A DNA stretch of 64,000 nucleotides, taken from the human T2T-CHM13v2.0 reference genome, Homo sapiens. This document shows, one piece after another, positions 1-13,161 of this stretch. Numbering within the stretch: position 1 is the first letter of the stretch; the number at the start of each line of letters is the position of its first letter. The stretch is taken from assembly GCF_009914755.1 (NCBI RefSeq), contig NC_060947.1. One strand, written 5' to 3'. The position numbers were made by a program, and so were the translations under genes. The notes below the pieces were generated by a model. That model was not told the DNA's origin. It ran no database searches and saw only the letters and a program-made list of their open reading frames with translations.

Positions 1-265
1 TTTCCCCAGAAACAGAAAAACAATCCTAAAATCCATATGCAACCAGAAGAGACTCCGAACAGCCAGAACAATATTGGCAAAAAGAAGAAAGCCAGAGGCA
101 TCACATTGCATGATTTGAAAATCTATTCCAACGCTATAATAATAAAAAAGCTTGGCACTGGCATTAATACATACACACAGATTAAGGCAACAGAGTAGAG
201 TCCAGAGTAAGTCCACCAGACAAAATAGCTTTCAAGACAGAAATATAAGAAGAAAGAGAATATCA
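1..265 (+). mobile_element. Old L1 ORF2 fragments
   Basis: acaatcctaaaatccatatgcaacc...ggcatcacattgcatgatttgaaaatcta resembles the L1 ORF2 ILKFIWN...GGITLPDFK region. Confidence 0.75.
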
Positions 266-1422
266 CTGCATCCATCTGGATTTTCTCTAAGATAATTTCT
301 ATTGGGTCAAAACTTCCCGTTTATTTGCATGTTTTATATTTTTGTGTTGTAAATGGGACATTTTAGATAATATATTGTAGCAACTCTGGTTTCCAATAGC
401 ACCCTTCATCCCACCCCAGGCTTCTTGTTGTTGTTGTTTGTTCCCTTATTTGTTTAGTGACTTTCTTGGACTTACTCGGTGAAGTCTATTTGTAACATGG
501 TATGAAGTCTCAGATATCCCTGCCTAGATACTTTTTTTCTGTTTTTATCTTTAGGCCTAGATTTCTAGGGATTGCCTCTGTGTCAGCATGCTTAGTGATC
601 AGTGGTTGGCCAGAGGTTGTGATTAAGCATTTTAAACCAGCAAGGTGTTTACCCTTTACTGTTGATTCTGTTGGTAGCTTGGAGAGTGCTTTCACAGTTC
701 AAGGAGCTTGAGGTTGCCTCATATTCAGCCAAGAACTAGATAATCATTTTTCTCTTCAAGCATTCCTCGGAGTATGCAGCCTTGGGTATGTGCCTAGTAT
801 TCTGGGCCACTAGTGATGACTAGTATTTGTGGAGTTCTCTTTGTCTCTTTTTCTGATCTCCCCAATAACGGCTCTTGGCTTCTATTTATATCATACCAAA
901 CTTTTAGTCTCCACTGATTGCTGTTAGTTCTGTTGTTTTTGATAACAATCCGGAGCATAAATTGCCCTGCAGTTTTATCCAGATAAAGTCTAGTTGCTTG
1001 GCAAAGTTAGAGTGTTGCCAGTTTTCACGCTTGATCCAGTTTTCCCCTGGGAAGAACCCCTGCCATATCTAACTGGGATACCACTTTTGCACCATAAAGT
1101 TGAGAGATATGCAAGATTCCACATGGGTGTTTTAACTCCTAGACCAGCTCTTCAGTCACACAGAGCTATGAGGGACTAGGGAACTGGACTTTTCGCCAGC
1201 AGCCGTCTTTTCTGAATCCTCTCTATGGGGCAGAAGCTTTGGCTGAGAAAGCAGCATATTTCCCAGTTTTCACCATCTGCCAAATCCATCTGGAATATCT
1301 CTTTTAGCTCGGGGAATTGGGAAAGATGAGAGTTGCCAGTCTGCTGGTGAGCTCTTTGAAATAGCTCTTTCAAAACAGAGCTCTGAATGGGTATGGGTAC
1401 AGACCATTGTTGTAAACTGAAC
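266..1422 (-). mobile_element. Highly diverged L1M 5'-region sequence (continues at 3877-4370)
   Basis: T-rich, resembles ancient L1M 5' region in antisense; part of it recurs at 1408-1422 + 3877-4043. Confidence 0.5.
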
Positions 1423-3876
1423 TGTGTTAGGCCATTTGTGCATTGCTATAAAGAAATACCTGAGACTGGGTAATTTATAAGCAAAAGAGGTTTAATTGGC
1501 TCACGATTGTTTAGGCTTTACAGGAAGCATGGTGGCATCTGCTTCTGGGGAGGCCTCACAAAGCCTCCAATCATGGCAGACTACAAAAGGAGGAGCAGGC
1601 ATCTCCCATGACAAGAGAAAGGGCAAGAGAGAGAGACAGAGAGTATGTGGGGAGGGGAGGTTCCACACAGTTTTAAATGACCAGGTCTCGCAACAGCTCA
1701 CTCACTGTCATGAAGACAACACCAAGCCATAAGGGATCTGCCCCCATAATGCAAACACCTCCCACTAGGTCTCGCATTCAGCATTGGGGATTGTGATTCA
1801 ACATGAGATTTGGGCAGGGACAAATATCCAAATTACATCATTCCACCTCTGGCGCCTCCTAAATCTCATGTCCTTCCCACATTGCAAAATACAATCGTAC
1901 TTTCCCAACAGTCCCCAAAAGTCTTAACTCCTTCCAGTGTTAACTCAAAATTGCAAAGTCCAAAGTCTTATCTGAGACAAGGCAAGTCCCTTCCACCTAT
2001 AAGCCTGTCAAATAAAAGACAGGTTTTTTATTTGTTGGGTATAGGCATTAGGTAAACATTCTCTTTCCAAAAGGGAGAAATCAGCTAAAATAAATGGGCT
2101 ACATGCCCCATGTACATTCAACACCCAGCAGGGCAGTCATTAAATCTTAAAGCTCCAAAATAATCTCTTTTGACTCTACGTTCCATATCCAGGGCACACT
2201 GCTGCAAAGGGTGGGCTTCCAAGGCCTTGGGCAGCTCCACCCCTGTGTCTTTGCAGGATTCATCCCCCAGGGCTGCTCTTATGGATTGGATTTGAATGAC
2301 TGTAGCGTTTCTAGGTGCAGGGTGCAAGCAGCTGGTGAATCTACCATTCTGGGGTCTGGAGGTTGGTATCCCCTTTCTCACAGCTCCACTAGGCAGTGCT
2401 CTATTGGGGACCAACCCTTGGCACTGCCATAGTGTGTGGGGGCTCCAACCCTTGGCACTGCCATAGTAGAGGTTCTCTGTGAGGGCTCCACCTCTGCAGT
2501 AGGCTCCTGCCTCAGTACAGAGGCTTTCTCATATATCCTCAGTATCCTCATATATCCTCAGGGAAGAGGCTGCCAAGTATTTATCACTGCTGGATTCTGC
2601 ACCTGTACAGGCTGAACACTACAGAGAAGCTACCAAGACTTATGTCTTGCATTCTCCAGAGTGGTAGCCTGAACTCAACCAGGGCCCCTTTGGGCCATGG
2701 CTGGAGCTAGAGTGGCTGGTATATGGGAAACAGTGTTCTGAGGCTGTGCAGGGCTATGGGGCCCTGAGCCTGGCCTACAAAACCCTTTATTCTCCTGGGC
2801 CCCTGGGCCTGTGATGGGAGGGGCTGCTGCAAAAGTGTCTGAAATACCTTCAAGGCCTTTTCCCCATTGTCTTGGATATTAGCCCTTGGCTCCCTTTTAG
2901 TTATATGACTATCTCTAGCAGGTGGTTGCTCAGCAGCCTGTTTGAAAAAGCTTTTTCTTTGTCTGCCACATGGCCAGGCTGCAAATATTTCAAGCTTTTA
3001 TGCTCTGCCTTCTGTTTAAATGTAATTTCTAACTTTAAGTCATTTATTAGTTCTTGCATCTCAGTGTAGGCTGTTACAAGCAGCCACATCACTTCTTGAA
3101 TGCTTTGCTACTTAGAATTTTTTTTTCTACCAGATAGGCTAGGTCATCAGATCCCTAGGACATGGACACAATGTAGCCAAGTTCTTTACTAAGGCATAGC
3201 AAGGCTGACCTTCGCTCCAGTTCCCAAAATACCCTCATTTCCATCTCAGACCTCAGCAGCCTAGAGTTCATTGTCCATATCACTGTCAGCATTTTGGTCA
3301 AAACCATTTAACCAGTCTCTAAGAAGTTCCAGACTTCCCCTCATCTTCCTATTTTCTGAGCCCTCCACACTTTTCCAACCTCTGTCCATTACCCAGTTGC
3401 AGAGTCACTTTCAAATTTTCAGGTATCTTTATAGCAATGCCCCACTCCTGATACCAATTTTCTGTGTTAGGCATTCTGGCACTGCTATAAGGAAATACCT
3501 GACACTGGGTAATTTATAAAGAAAAGAGGTTTAATTGGCTCACAGTTTTGCAGGCTTTACAGGAAGCATGGTAGCATCTGCTTCTGTGAAGATTCTCAGG
3601 AAGCTTCGAATTATGGTGGAAAGTGAAGCTGGAACAAGCATCTTACATGGCAGAAGCAAGAGAAGTCGGGGGAGGGAAGGAGAAAGGGAGAAGGGAAGGT
3701 ACCACAGACTTTTAAACAACAAGATTTCACGAACTCACTGTCGTGAAGACAGCACCAAGCCATGAGGGATCTGCTGCCATGACCCAAACACCTCCCACTG
3801 CCAGCCCCCACTTCCTATATTGGGGATTAATATTCAACATGTGATTTGGGAAGGGATAAATATCCAAACTATATAA
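1423..3876 (-). mobile_element. Complete MST-family (MSTA/MSTB-like) ERVL-MaLR element: LTR 1423-1840, internal 1841-3462, LTR 3463-3876
   Basis: Two similar ~415-bp LTRs, each starting tgtgttaggc..tgctataa and ending atatccaaa.ta.at.a; MaLR internal sequence between them; decayed 5-bp TSD tgaac/cggac. Confidence 0.9.
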
Positions 3877-4549
3877 CGGACGTTTTAGATAATATATTGG
3901 AGCAACTCTGGTTTCTGATAACACTTCACAACCCCACTTCACGCTTGTTATTGGTGTTGCATGTTTGTTCACTTATTTGTTTGGTGGCTTTCCTGGACTA
4001 ACTGTGATGTCTCTTTCCCATATAGCATGAAGTCTCAGCTATCTGATATATATTCCGGATACTAATGCTCTGTTAGATGAATAGTTTGGGTCAGTATTTT
4101 TCATCCACTCTGCCAATATCTGCCTTAATTAGTATATTTAAACAATTTACATGTAATTCAGTTATTGATATGTTAGGGTTTAAGTCGCCATGAATGCCAT
4201 TGCCTCCCACGCTTCTTACCAAGTTCTATAGATTTTGTTGAATAAATGCATATCAATTTGTTGTAAGTGATTTGATCAATATTCAGAGAATTTGCTAATT
4301 TTTACTAGTTTGATAGGTGTCTCACTGAGGGAGAAGTTTCATCAAGCTTTTCATACTGCCATTCAAGAACCAAGTGAATGTTTCCAGTTTGGGCTGTTGC
4401 AAATAAAGCTGCTACAAACAATTGTGTACAGGATTTTTTGTGGATATAAATTTCATTTTACTGGTATAAATGCCCAGCAGTATGATTGCTGAGTCCTATG
4501 GTAATTACGTTTAGTTGTTTTAAAAAATGATTCTTGGTGGTTTGACACT

Positions 4550-4850
4550 TCTATTAAGTTTTTATAGCTGCTGTAACAGATTACCACAGCCTCAGTGGCC
4601 AAAAACAACAAAAATTTGTTTCCTCACAGTTCTGGAGGTCATAAGTCTAAAACAAGGTGTTGGCAGGCATGTGTTCCTTCTGGGAGTTTTAGGGGAGAAT
4701 CCATTTCTTTGCCTTTTGTATTTGCTAGAGACCATCAGCATTCCTAGTCTCATGATGACTTCTTCCATTTTGAAAGCCAATAATGGCTATGCAAATCCTA
4801 CACATTCTGCCTCACTATGATACTCTTCTGTAATCAAATCTCTCTCTTTT
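4550..4850 (-). mobile_element. MLT1-family LTR fragment
   Basis: gctgctgtaacagattaccac...ctcacagttctggaggtc...gggagaatcc. Confidence 0.75.
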
Positions 4851-5703
4851 ATTTTCATGTTTTTTAAAAGTTTTGTAGGTACATAGTACATGTATATATT
4901 TATGGGACACATGAGATATTTTGACGTAGGCATGCAATGTGAAATAAGTACATTATGGAGAATGGGGTATCCATTCCCTCAAGCATTTATCCTCTGAGTT
5001 ACAAGGAGTCCAGTTGCACTCCTTAAGTTCTTTTAAAATGAACAATTAAGTTATTATTGACTCTAGTCGCACTATTGTGCTACCAAATAGTAGGTCTGAT
5101 TGATTTTTTTTTTTTTTGTAATAACTAACCATTCCCACATCTCCCCTTACCCCTATCACTATCCTTCCCAGCCTCTGGTAATCATCCTTCTACTCCCTAT
5201 GTCCATGAATTCAATGGTTTTGATTTTTAGATCTCACAAGTAAGTGAGAACATACGATCTTTGTCTTTCTGTGCCTGACTTATTTCACTTAACATAATGA
5301 CCTCCAGTTTCATCCTTGTTGAAAATACTGGATCTCACACTTTTTTGTGGCTGAATAGTACTTAATCTTGTATAGATACCCCATTTTCTTTATTCATTGA
5401 TCTGTTGGTGGACACTTAGGTTGTTTCCAAATCTTAGCTATTGTGAACATTGCTGCAACAAACAGAGTGCAGATATCTGTTGGCTATACTGATTTCCTTT
5501 CTTCTGGGTATATATCCAGCAGTGGGATTGCTGGATTATATGGTAGCTCAATTTTTAGTTTTTTTGAGGAACCTCCAAAGTGTTCTCCATAGTAATTGTA
5601 CTAACTTACATTCCCAGAAACAATATACAAGGGTTCCCTTTTCTTCACATCCTTGCCAGCATTTATTACTGCCTGTCTTTTGGATATAAGCCATTTTAAC
5701 TGG
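4851..5703 (-). mobile_element. L1MA-type 3' end
   Basis: Antisense 3'UTR (gcaatgtgaaataag...ccctcaagcatttatcc); ORF 5548-5763 gives the ORF2 C-terminus (KCWQGCEEKGTL). Confidence 0.85.
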
Positions 5704-6106
5704 ACTCACATGAGAATTTCCCTGCCCTATCATATAAAAGCTATATAACTTTGGGCAGATCACATAAATGATCTAAGTGTGTTTTCTTATCTGAGTAATT
5801 AAAATAAGAATTGTACTTGTTTCCCAGGGTTTTTATACTGGAAAATACTAAATTGGTAATAGGTAATGTGCACAACACTATGCTAGGGCTATTTCAAATG
5901 TTCAATAATTGCTAGCTTCTGCTGTTATTTTGTTTTAGAAGAATTCTTTTTTTTCCCAGTACCTAGTGTAGTGCAATATTTCTTCTGATCTTCAGATCTC
6001 AGTTTAATTCTCACTTTCTTCATGCCAGTGGACTAATAACCTGTTTCTCGTCACAGTGAACATCAAAAGTCTCAAGCAATTATAATGGAAATTTGTTGTG
6101 TAGTAT

Positions 6107-7412
6107 TATCAAACAGAATCTATAAGGAACTCAAATCACCAAGAAAAACAAATAATCCCATCAAAAAGTGGGCAAAGAACATAAATAGACATTTCTCAAA
6201 AGATGTACAGTCATCAAACATATTACAAAATTCTCAACATCACTAATCATCAGGGAAATACAAATTAAATCCACAATGAGCTACCACTTACTTCTGCAAG
6301 AATGGCCATAATTAAAAAGCCAAAAAGCAGTAGCTGTTCATGTGGATGTGGTGAAAAGGGAACACTTTTACACTGCTGGAGTGTAAATTAGTACAACCAC
6401 TATGGAAAACAGTATGGGGATTCCTTAAATAACTAAAAGTATGTCTACCACTTGATCCAGCAGTCCCACTACTGGGTGTCTACCCAAAGGAGAAGAAGTC
6501 ATGATATGAAAAAGACATGCACATGCATGTTTATAGCAGCACAACTCACAATTGCAAAAACATGGAACCAACCTAAATGCCCATCAACCAATGAATAGAT
6601 CAAGAAAATGTGGTATATATACAGCATGGAATACTACTCAGCCATTAAAAGAAATGAAATAATGTCTTTTGTGGCATCTTGGATGGAGCTGGCAGTCATT
6701 ATTCTAAGTGAAGTAACACAGGAGTGGAAAACCAAAAACCATATGTTCTCACTTATAAGTAGGAGCTAAGCTATGAGTACACAGAGGCATGCAGAGTGAT
6801 ATAATGGACTTTAGAGAGTCAGAATGGGTATACTGGGAGGTGGGTCAGGGATTAAAAAAAAACACTACACCTTAGGTATAATGTTCACTGCTCAGGTGAC
6901 AGGTGCACTAAAATTTCTACTACATAATTCATCCATGTGACCAAAAACCACTTGTACCCCAAAAGCTATTGAATTAAAAATAAATAAGTAGATAAATAAA
7001 TACAATGTAGTGTTGTGTATACACCACGGAATACTACTCATCCACAAATAACAGTGAAAGAATGTCTTTTGTAGCAACTTGGATGGGACTGGCAGCCATT
7101 CTTCTAAATGAAGTAACTCAGGAATGGAAAGCCAAATACCCTCTGTTCTCACTTATAAGTGGGAGTTAAGCTATAGGTATGCAAAGACTTACAGAGTAGT
7201 GTAATGGAATTTGGAGACTCCGAAGGGGCAGAGTGGAAGGAGGACTCAAGATGAAAAAGTACATATTAGGTTAAAATGTATACTGTTTGGGTTATGGGTG
7301 CACTAAAATCTCATAGTTTACCTCTATACAATTCACCCATGTACACAAAAACCACTTGTACTCCAAAAACTATTGAAATAGTAGATACATAGAAATTAAA
7401 AATAATAAAATA
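6107..7412 (+). mobile_element. Two tandem L1PB-type 3' ends (6107-7000 and 7001-7412)
   Basis: Both end ...aaccacttgtac(c/t)ccaaaa.ctattgaa followed by an A-rich tail. Confidence 0.85.
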
Positions 7413-8701
7413 ATTTTTCAGAGTTCACCAGAATTGTATTTGATTCTTAGAGCAATCCTGAGGGAATTTTGTATCTGCATATCAGGATAAAATGTACTTG
7501 TGATAAATTTCATTTGTGTTGGAGCCAGATTGATTGGGTCCTCAAATGCCTCAGAGTGTGTTGGCCTGCAAGCATATGCAAAAATTTCAGAGTAAGTACA
7601 TGTTGAGCTAAGATAGTTAATAACTTTCATTAGATTTTCAAAAAGTTAAGATTGCTGAATCAGTCTTACAATTTCAGTTTCGCTTTAGGGCCTTTAGTTG
7701 TTTGCCTCCACAAATGCTTGGTATATAGGCATCTCATAAATGTTATTACGTAAAATGACTTAGATTCTCTGTGTGTACTGCCCTATTTAAACCTGCGTAT
7801 CATTTTATTATTTAGTTTTAAGGTCCTTAGTCGTGCAAAGTCTTTTGGATATGAGAGGTCTAAGACTACTCACAGGAGTCTATATTTAATAGAAAAATAG
7901 GCTGCATATATTTCAAAAAGATAAATAATAATATAATGTTATATTTGTTAAACACCGGATTAGTGCCTCACAAAAATATGAACTGTATGAATTCAGAGAG
8001 ATGTCTTTGAGTGAACTAGTGGGAATTGAGCCAGTCCTTCAGTGAAGGGCAGGGTTTTGGTAAGTGTATTCATTCAATAATTATTTTTTTGAGTACCTGC
8101 TGTGTGCCAAGTACTGTTAGGTACAGGAGAGGAGAGGGCATTCTAGTACAACACATGCAGCATGTGAAGGCACTGAGGGAGGAATGTGCTTGACATGTTT
8201 GGGGCCTAGGAAGATTAATTTGGCTAGGGCCAGAGGAAGGCGGTAAAGGTTGTTTGTAGAGCTGAGAGAACAAACAGTATTTTAGAAAGATCAGTTCAGC
8301 ATTTCTGTATAGCTTATTTAATCCTGTTTTGAAATTTTGTAACGTCTGAATTCTAAACTGACAACAACTTTAAAATCATCTTTTATTGGAGTGCTACAAT
8401 CTTTTCAAGTAAATAGAATGCTCTCAATATTCCTCTCCCACGTTTCCACCAGGGAGATACAGCCTAATTTTTTTCCCCAGATATAGCATATGTGTATATA
8501 TGTGTGTGTCAAAGGAGGCTGTTAGGTGTTTTTCAAAATCTGATTACTGAGTTTGGCAATATTCGGTATTTGTCAATGTACTGATTAAAATGTCTAAAAA
8601 AATACTCATAAAATACTTTAGCCTGATTAACAAACTGGCTAAAGTGGAATTTTGCTGATCTGTTGTGCCATTTCTGGAGGATTTTTAAGATGTTTAGTTG
8701 T

Positions 8702-9007
<306 letters not shown>

Positions 9008-9914
9008 AAGATGTTTAATTGTGTAAATATACTCCCTGTGTATGTTTTTATTTTTAATTTTCTAGTTAGATTTTTATTGATCTAAGATAAAATTTTGATA
9101 CTTTCAAATATTACCCAGTAATAATTGCACCACAATTATTGAATGATTAATATGTTCAGAAATTTCAGAATAATTCTTTCATACATCATAATTAAAGTAA
9201 CTTAGTTCTTGAAATGCTTTACCATTAATATTGTATAATTTCATAATACAACCACACTGATCTAGACACTTATTTGTTGTAGGAAACTTAAGATTGGTCT
9301 TTTAAGTGCTAGAGCTCTAATTTTGATGAACGTTATATCTTGAATGTACTACGTAACTCCCACCTATGTTAAACCCGACAGTTGAACCCTTTCTTCGTAA
9401 CTCAGTATCTTTAGTTTTTAACTTTGCCAATTGTAATATGTTGTGTTTGTTATCTAAGTGAAGGTATAGATAGTGGACCTGAATGGGTATTGAGCCCGGA
9501 AATAGTCTTAGAAAGTGCTATATTGAAAAAGTTGCTGGTGTCATTTGCTTTTTCTTCCATAATTGTGAATTGAAATATATACAACTTCTTGGCTTTGTGG
9601 GCAGGGTGACATGCTCAGTGAATCAAAGGCAGCCTTTTTCCAAGTGTTTTTCTGTTCTCCAAAGGCCACTGCTGGTATTTGTGTTCTTTACTTGTATCCA
9701 AATACTTTCTGGTGCATAGTAGGCGTTCAGCAAATGTTAATTACCCCTTTTCCATTGCTATTATATTAGACCACAGGTGTTATTTTGTCAGCACATTCAT
9801 CTTCAGAGTATTTGACTTTTAGAGCTGTGTTACAGGTCACTCCTTTCTCTTAGTATTCTTAATATTTAGTTTTCAAGAAAACACCAGATGCTATGCATCA
9901 TTTTAAATGGCACT

Positions 9915-10095
9915 TTGATGTGGGCAACAGCGAAAAATGGAAGAACCTGGATTCTCAGTAAGCTAGTGAATTAACCAATCCTTATGTCTGCCTGCTCCTA
10001 GACTTTGTTATATGGAGAATAAGTTTTTTTCATTGTTGAAGCCAGTTTAAGTTGGAGATTCCAGAATTTTAGCCAAAAGCATCTTAAATAAGACC
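9915..10095 (+). mobile_element. Old MLT1 LTR 3' fragment, followed by a MIR fragment (about 10100-10175)
   Basis: ctagactttgttatatggagaataag...ttgaagccagtttaagttgg...gccaaaagcatc. Confidence 0.55.
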
Positions 10096-13000
10096 CACTA
10101 TATTGGATTATTGTGAAGATTAAAAAGACTAGATCTGTATAAAGCACCTGGCACATAGTATGCACTCCTTAAATACAGAACAAACACATTGTCATCAGAG
10201 ATCTCTTTTCTTTTCAGGGACATTATAATGAGGTGTGGCACAGGTACCATAACACTACCAGACTGTAGAGCTTTTCCATCATGCATTTGTAGCTTTGTTG
10301 CTGGTTCTTTTCCTTTGCCAGCCATACTGTGCCTCTGGTACTTTTATTCTCTTTTTATTATTTCTTAACTCTTCTATTCCTTGTTACTTCTCCCATTTTG
10401 TGACTTTTGGTATGTATAATCTTAACTTTTATAATCAGAAGTGGCCAACTGGAGTAACCTTACCTCTAACACTCAGCTCTTGGTTTTTCTCCCTTTGTGT
10501 TGGTCACTGGATGTTCCAGGACAGGTTTTTGGCCACAAGAGATTTTGAAAATGTCTTGTTTCTTTTCCCCCTTTGCTGGTTGAGGAACTCCTCTAGAAGC
10601 TGAAAAGTTCTAGATAGCTGAGTCACACAATATATATTTTCTAAATAAAAAAAAAATACCATTAGTCAAGATAGGTGTTATTGGGGAAAAGTATATTTTC
10701 TTGCAGAATGACTTTTTTTCTCCTCTTTTATTTTAGAATCAGGTTGTATTTGATCATGTTTCCCCATAATGTTGTTAGACTAGAAGTAATAAAACCGATT
10801 ATTGAAATGTTTTATAAATATTATTTTACAAAAATGCTACATGATAGAGAATAATTATAGAAATCAGCCTTATGTTTTTAGTAAAAATAATAGGCTTCAT
10901 AATTAAATTCTAGTTGGCACCTGTTTGTTTTTTTTTTAATAATTTCAACTTTTATTCTAGGTTTAGGGGTACATGTGCAGGTTTGTTACAAGAGTATATT
11001 GAATGATGCTGATGTATGGGGTTTGATCCCATCACCCAGGTAGTGAGCATATTACCCAATAGTTTTTCAATTCTTTTCTCCCTCCCTCCCCCATCTACTA
11101 GTCCTCGGTGTCTGTTGTTCCCATCTATATGTCCGTGTGTACCAAATGTTTAGTTTCCACTTATAAGTGAGAACATGCAGTATTTGATTTTCTGTTCCTG
11201 CATTAATTCAGTTAGGATAATGACTTCCAGCTGCATCCATGTTGCTGTAAAGGACATGCTTTCTTCTTTTTTATGGATGCATAGTATTCCATGGTGTATA
11301 TGTATCTCATTTTCTATATTCAGTACAACACTGATGGGCACCTAGGTTTATTCCATGTATTTGGTATCGTGAATAGTGCTGTGATGAACACATGAGTGCA
11401 TGTATATATGGTAAAATAATTTATATTCCTTTGGATATATACCCAGTAGTGGGATTGCTGAGTCAAATGATAGTTCTGTTTTAATTTCTCTGAGAAATAT
11501 CCAAACTGCTTTCCACAGTGGCTGAACTAATCTGTATTCCCACCATCAGTGTATAATGTTCCCTTTTCTCAGCAGCCTCACCAGCATCTGCTGTTTTTTG
11601 ATTTTTTATAATAGCCATTCTGACTGGTGTGAGATGGTATCTCACTGTGGTTTTGATTTGCATTTCTCTGATAATTAGTGCTGTTGAGCTTATTTTCATG
11701 TATTTGTTGGCCACTTGTATGTTATCTTTTGTCAAGTGTCTGTTCAGATCTTTTCCCCATTTTTTAATGGGGTAAATTGTTTTCTGCTTGTTCGATTGTC
11801 TAAGTTTTGCGTAGATTCTGGATATGAGACCTTTTTAGATGCATAGTTTGTGAATATTTCCTCATATTCAGTAAGTTATCTGTTTAATAGTTTCTTTTGC
11901 TGTGCACATGTTCTTTAGTTTAATTAGGTTCCATTTGTCAATTTTTGCTTTTGTTGGAATTGCTTTTGGTGTCTTTGCTGGGAAACCTTTGCCAGGGCTG
12001 ATGTCCAGAATGGTATTTTCTAGCTTTTCTTCAGGGTTTTTATTTTTTTAGGCTTTACATTTAAGTCTTTAATCCATCTTGAGTTGATTTTCGTGTATGG
12101 TGAAAGGCAGAAGTTTAGTTTTAATCTTCTGCATAGGGCCCACCAGTTATCCCAGCACCACTTGTTGAATAGGGAATTCTTTACCCATTACTTGTTTTTG
12201 TTGAGTTTGTCAGAGATCAGATGGTTACAGTTGTGTGGCTTTATTTCTGGGTTCTCCAACATCTGACCTGGGTTCTCTAACCTCTAACCTGTTACATTGG
12301 TCTATGTGTCTGTTTTTGTACCAGTACTATGCTGTGTTGGTTACTATAGCCTTGTACTGTAGTTTGAAGTCAGGAAGTGTGATGACACCAGCTTTGTTCT
12401 TTTTACTTAGAATAGTTTTGGCTATTTGGGCTTGTTTTTGATTCCATATTAATTTTAGAATAGTTGTTTCTACTTCTGTGACAAATGTCGTTGGTAGTTT
12501 GATAGGAATAACTTGAATCTGTAAATTGCTTTGGGCAGTGTGACCATTTAAAAAATATTGATTCTTCCTATCCATGAGCATGGAATGTTTTCCCATTTGT
12601 TTGTGTCATCTCTGATTTCTTTCAGCAGTGTTTTATAGTTCTGATTGTAGAGATCTTTCACCTCTGTGGTTAGCTGTATTCCCAGGTATTTTATTCTATT
12701 CATGGCTATTGTGAATGGGATTGTATTCTTAAGTTGGCTCTCTACCTGGATGTTGATAATTTATAGAAATGCTCCTGATTTTTCAAATATTTATTTTGTA
12801 TCCCAAAACTTCGCTGGAGTTGTTTATTAGAACCACAACCTATTGGACAGAGACTATGGGGTTTTCTAGGTATAAGATCATATCTTCTTTGAAGAGACTT
12901 TGTCTTTTCATATTTGGATCAATTTTATATATTTCTTTTGCCTGACTCCTGGCTAGGACTTCCAGTACTATATTGACTAGGCATGAAAAGAGTGCACATC

Positions 13001-13161
13001 CTTGTCTTATTATAGTTGTCAAAGGGAATGCTTCCAGATTTTGCCCATTCAGTTAGATGTTGGCTATGAGTTTGTCATAGATGGCTATTATTATTTTGAG
13101 GTATGTTCCTTTGATGCCTAATTTGTTGAGGGTTTTTTAAATGAAGGGTTGTTGAATTTTA

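Noticed and set aside
1100-1407. GC-richer stretch as a processed pseudogene fragment
   Set aside because: No recognisable translation in the frames I checked, and no poly(A) or TSD. More likely old L1 5' sequence, though a BLAST search would settle it.
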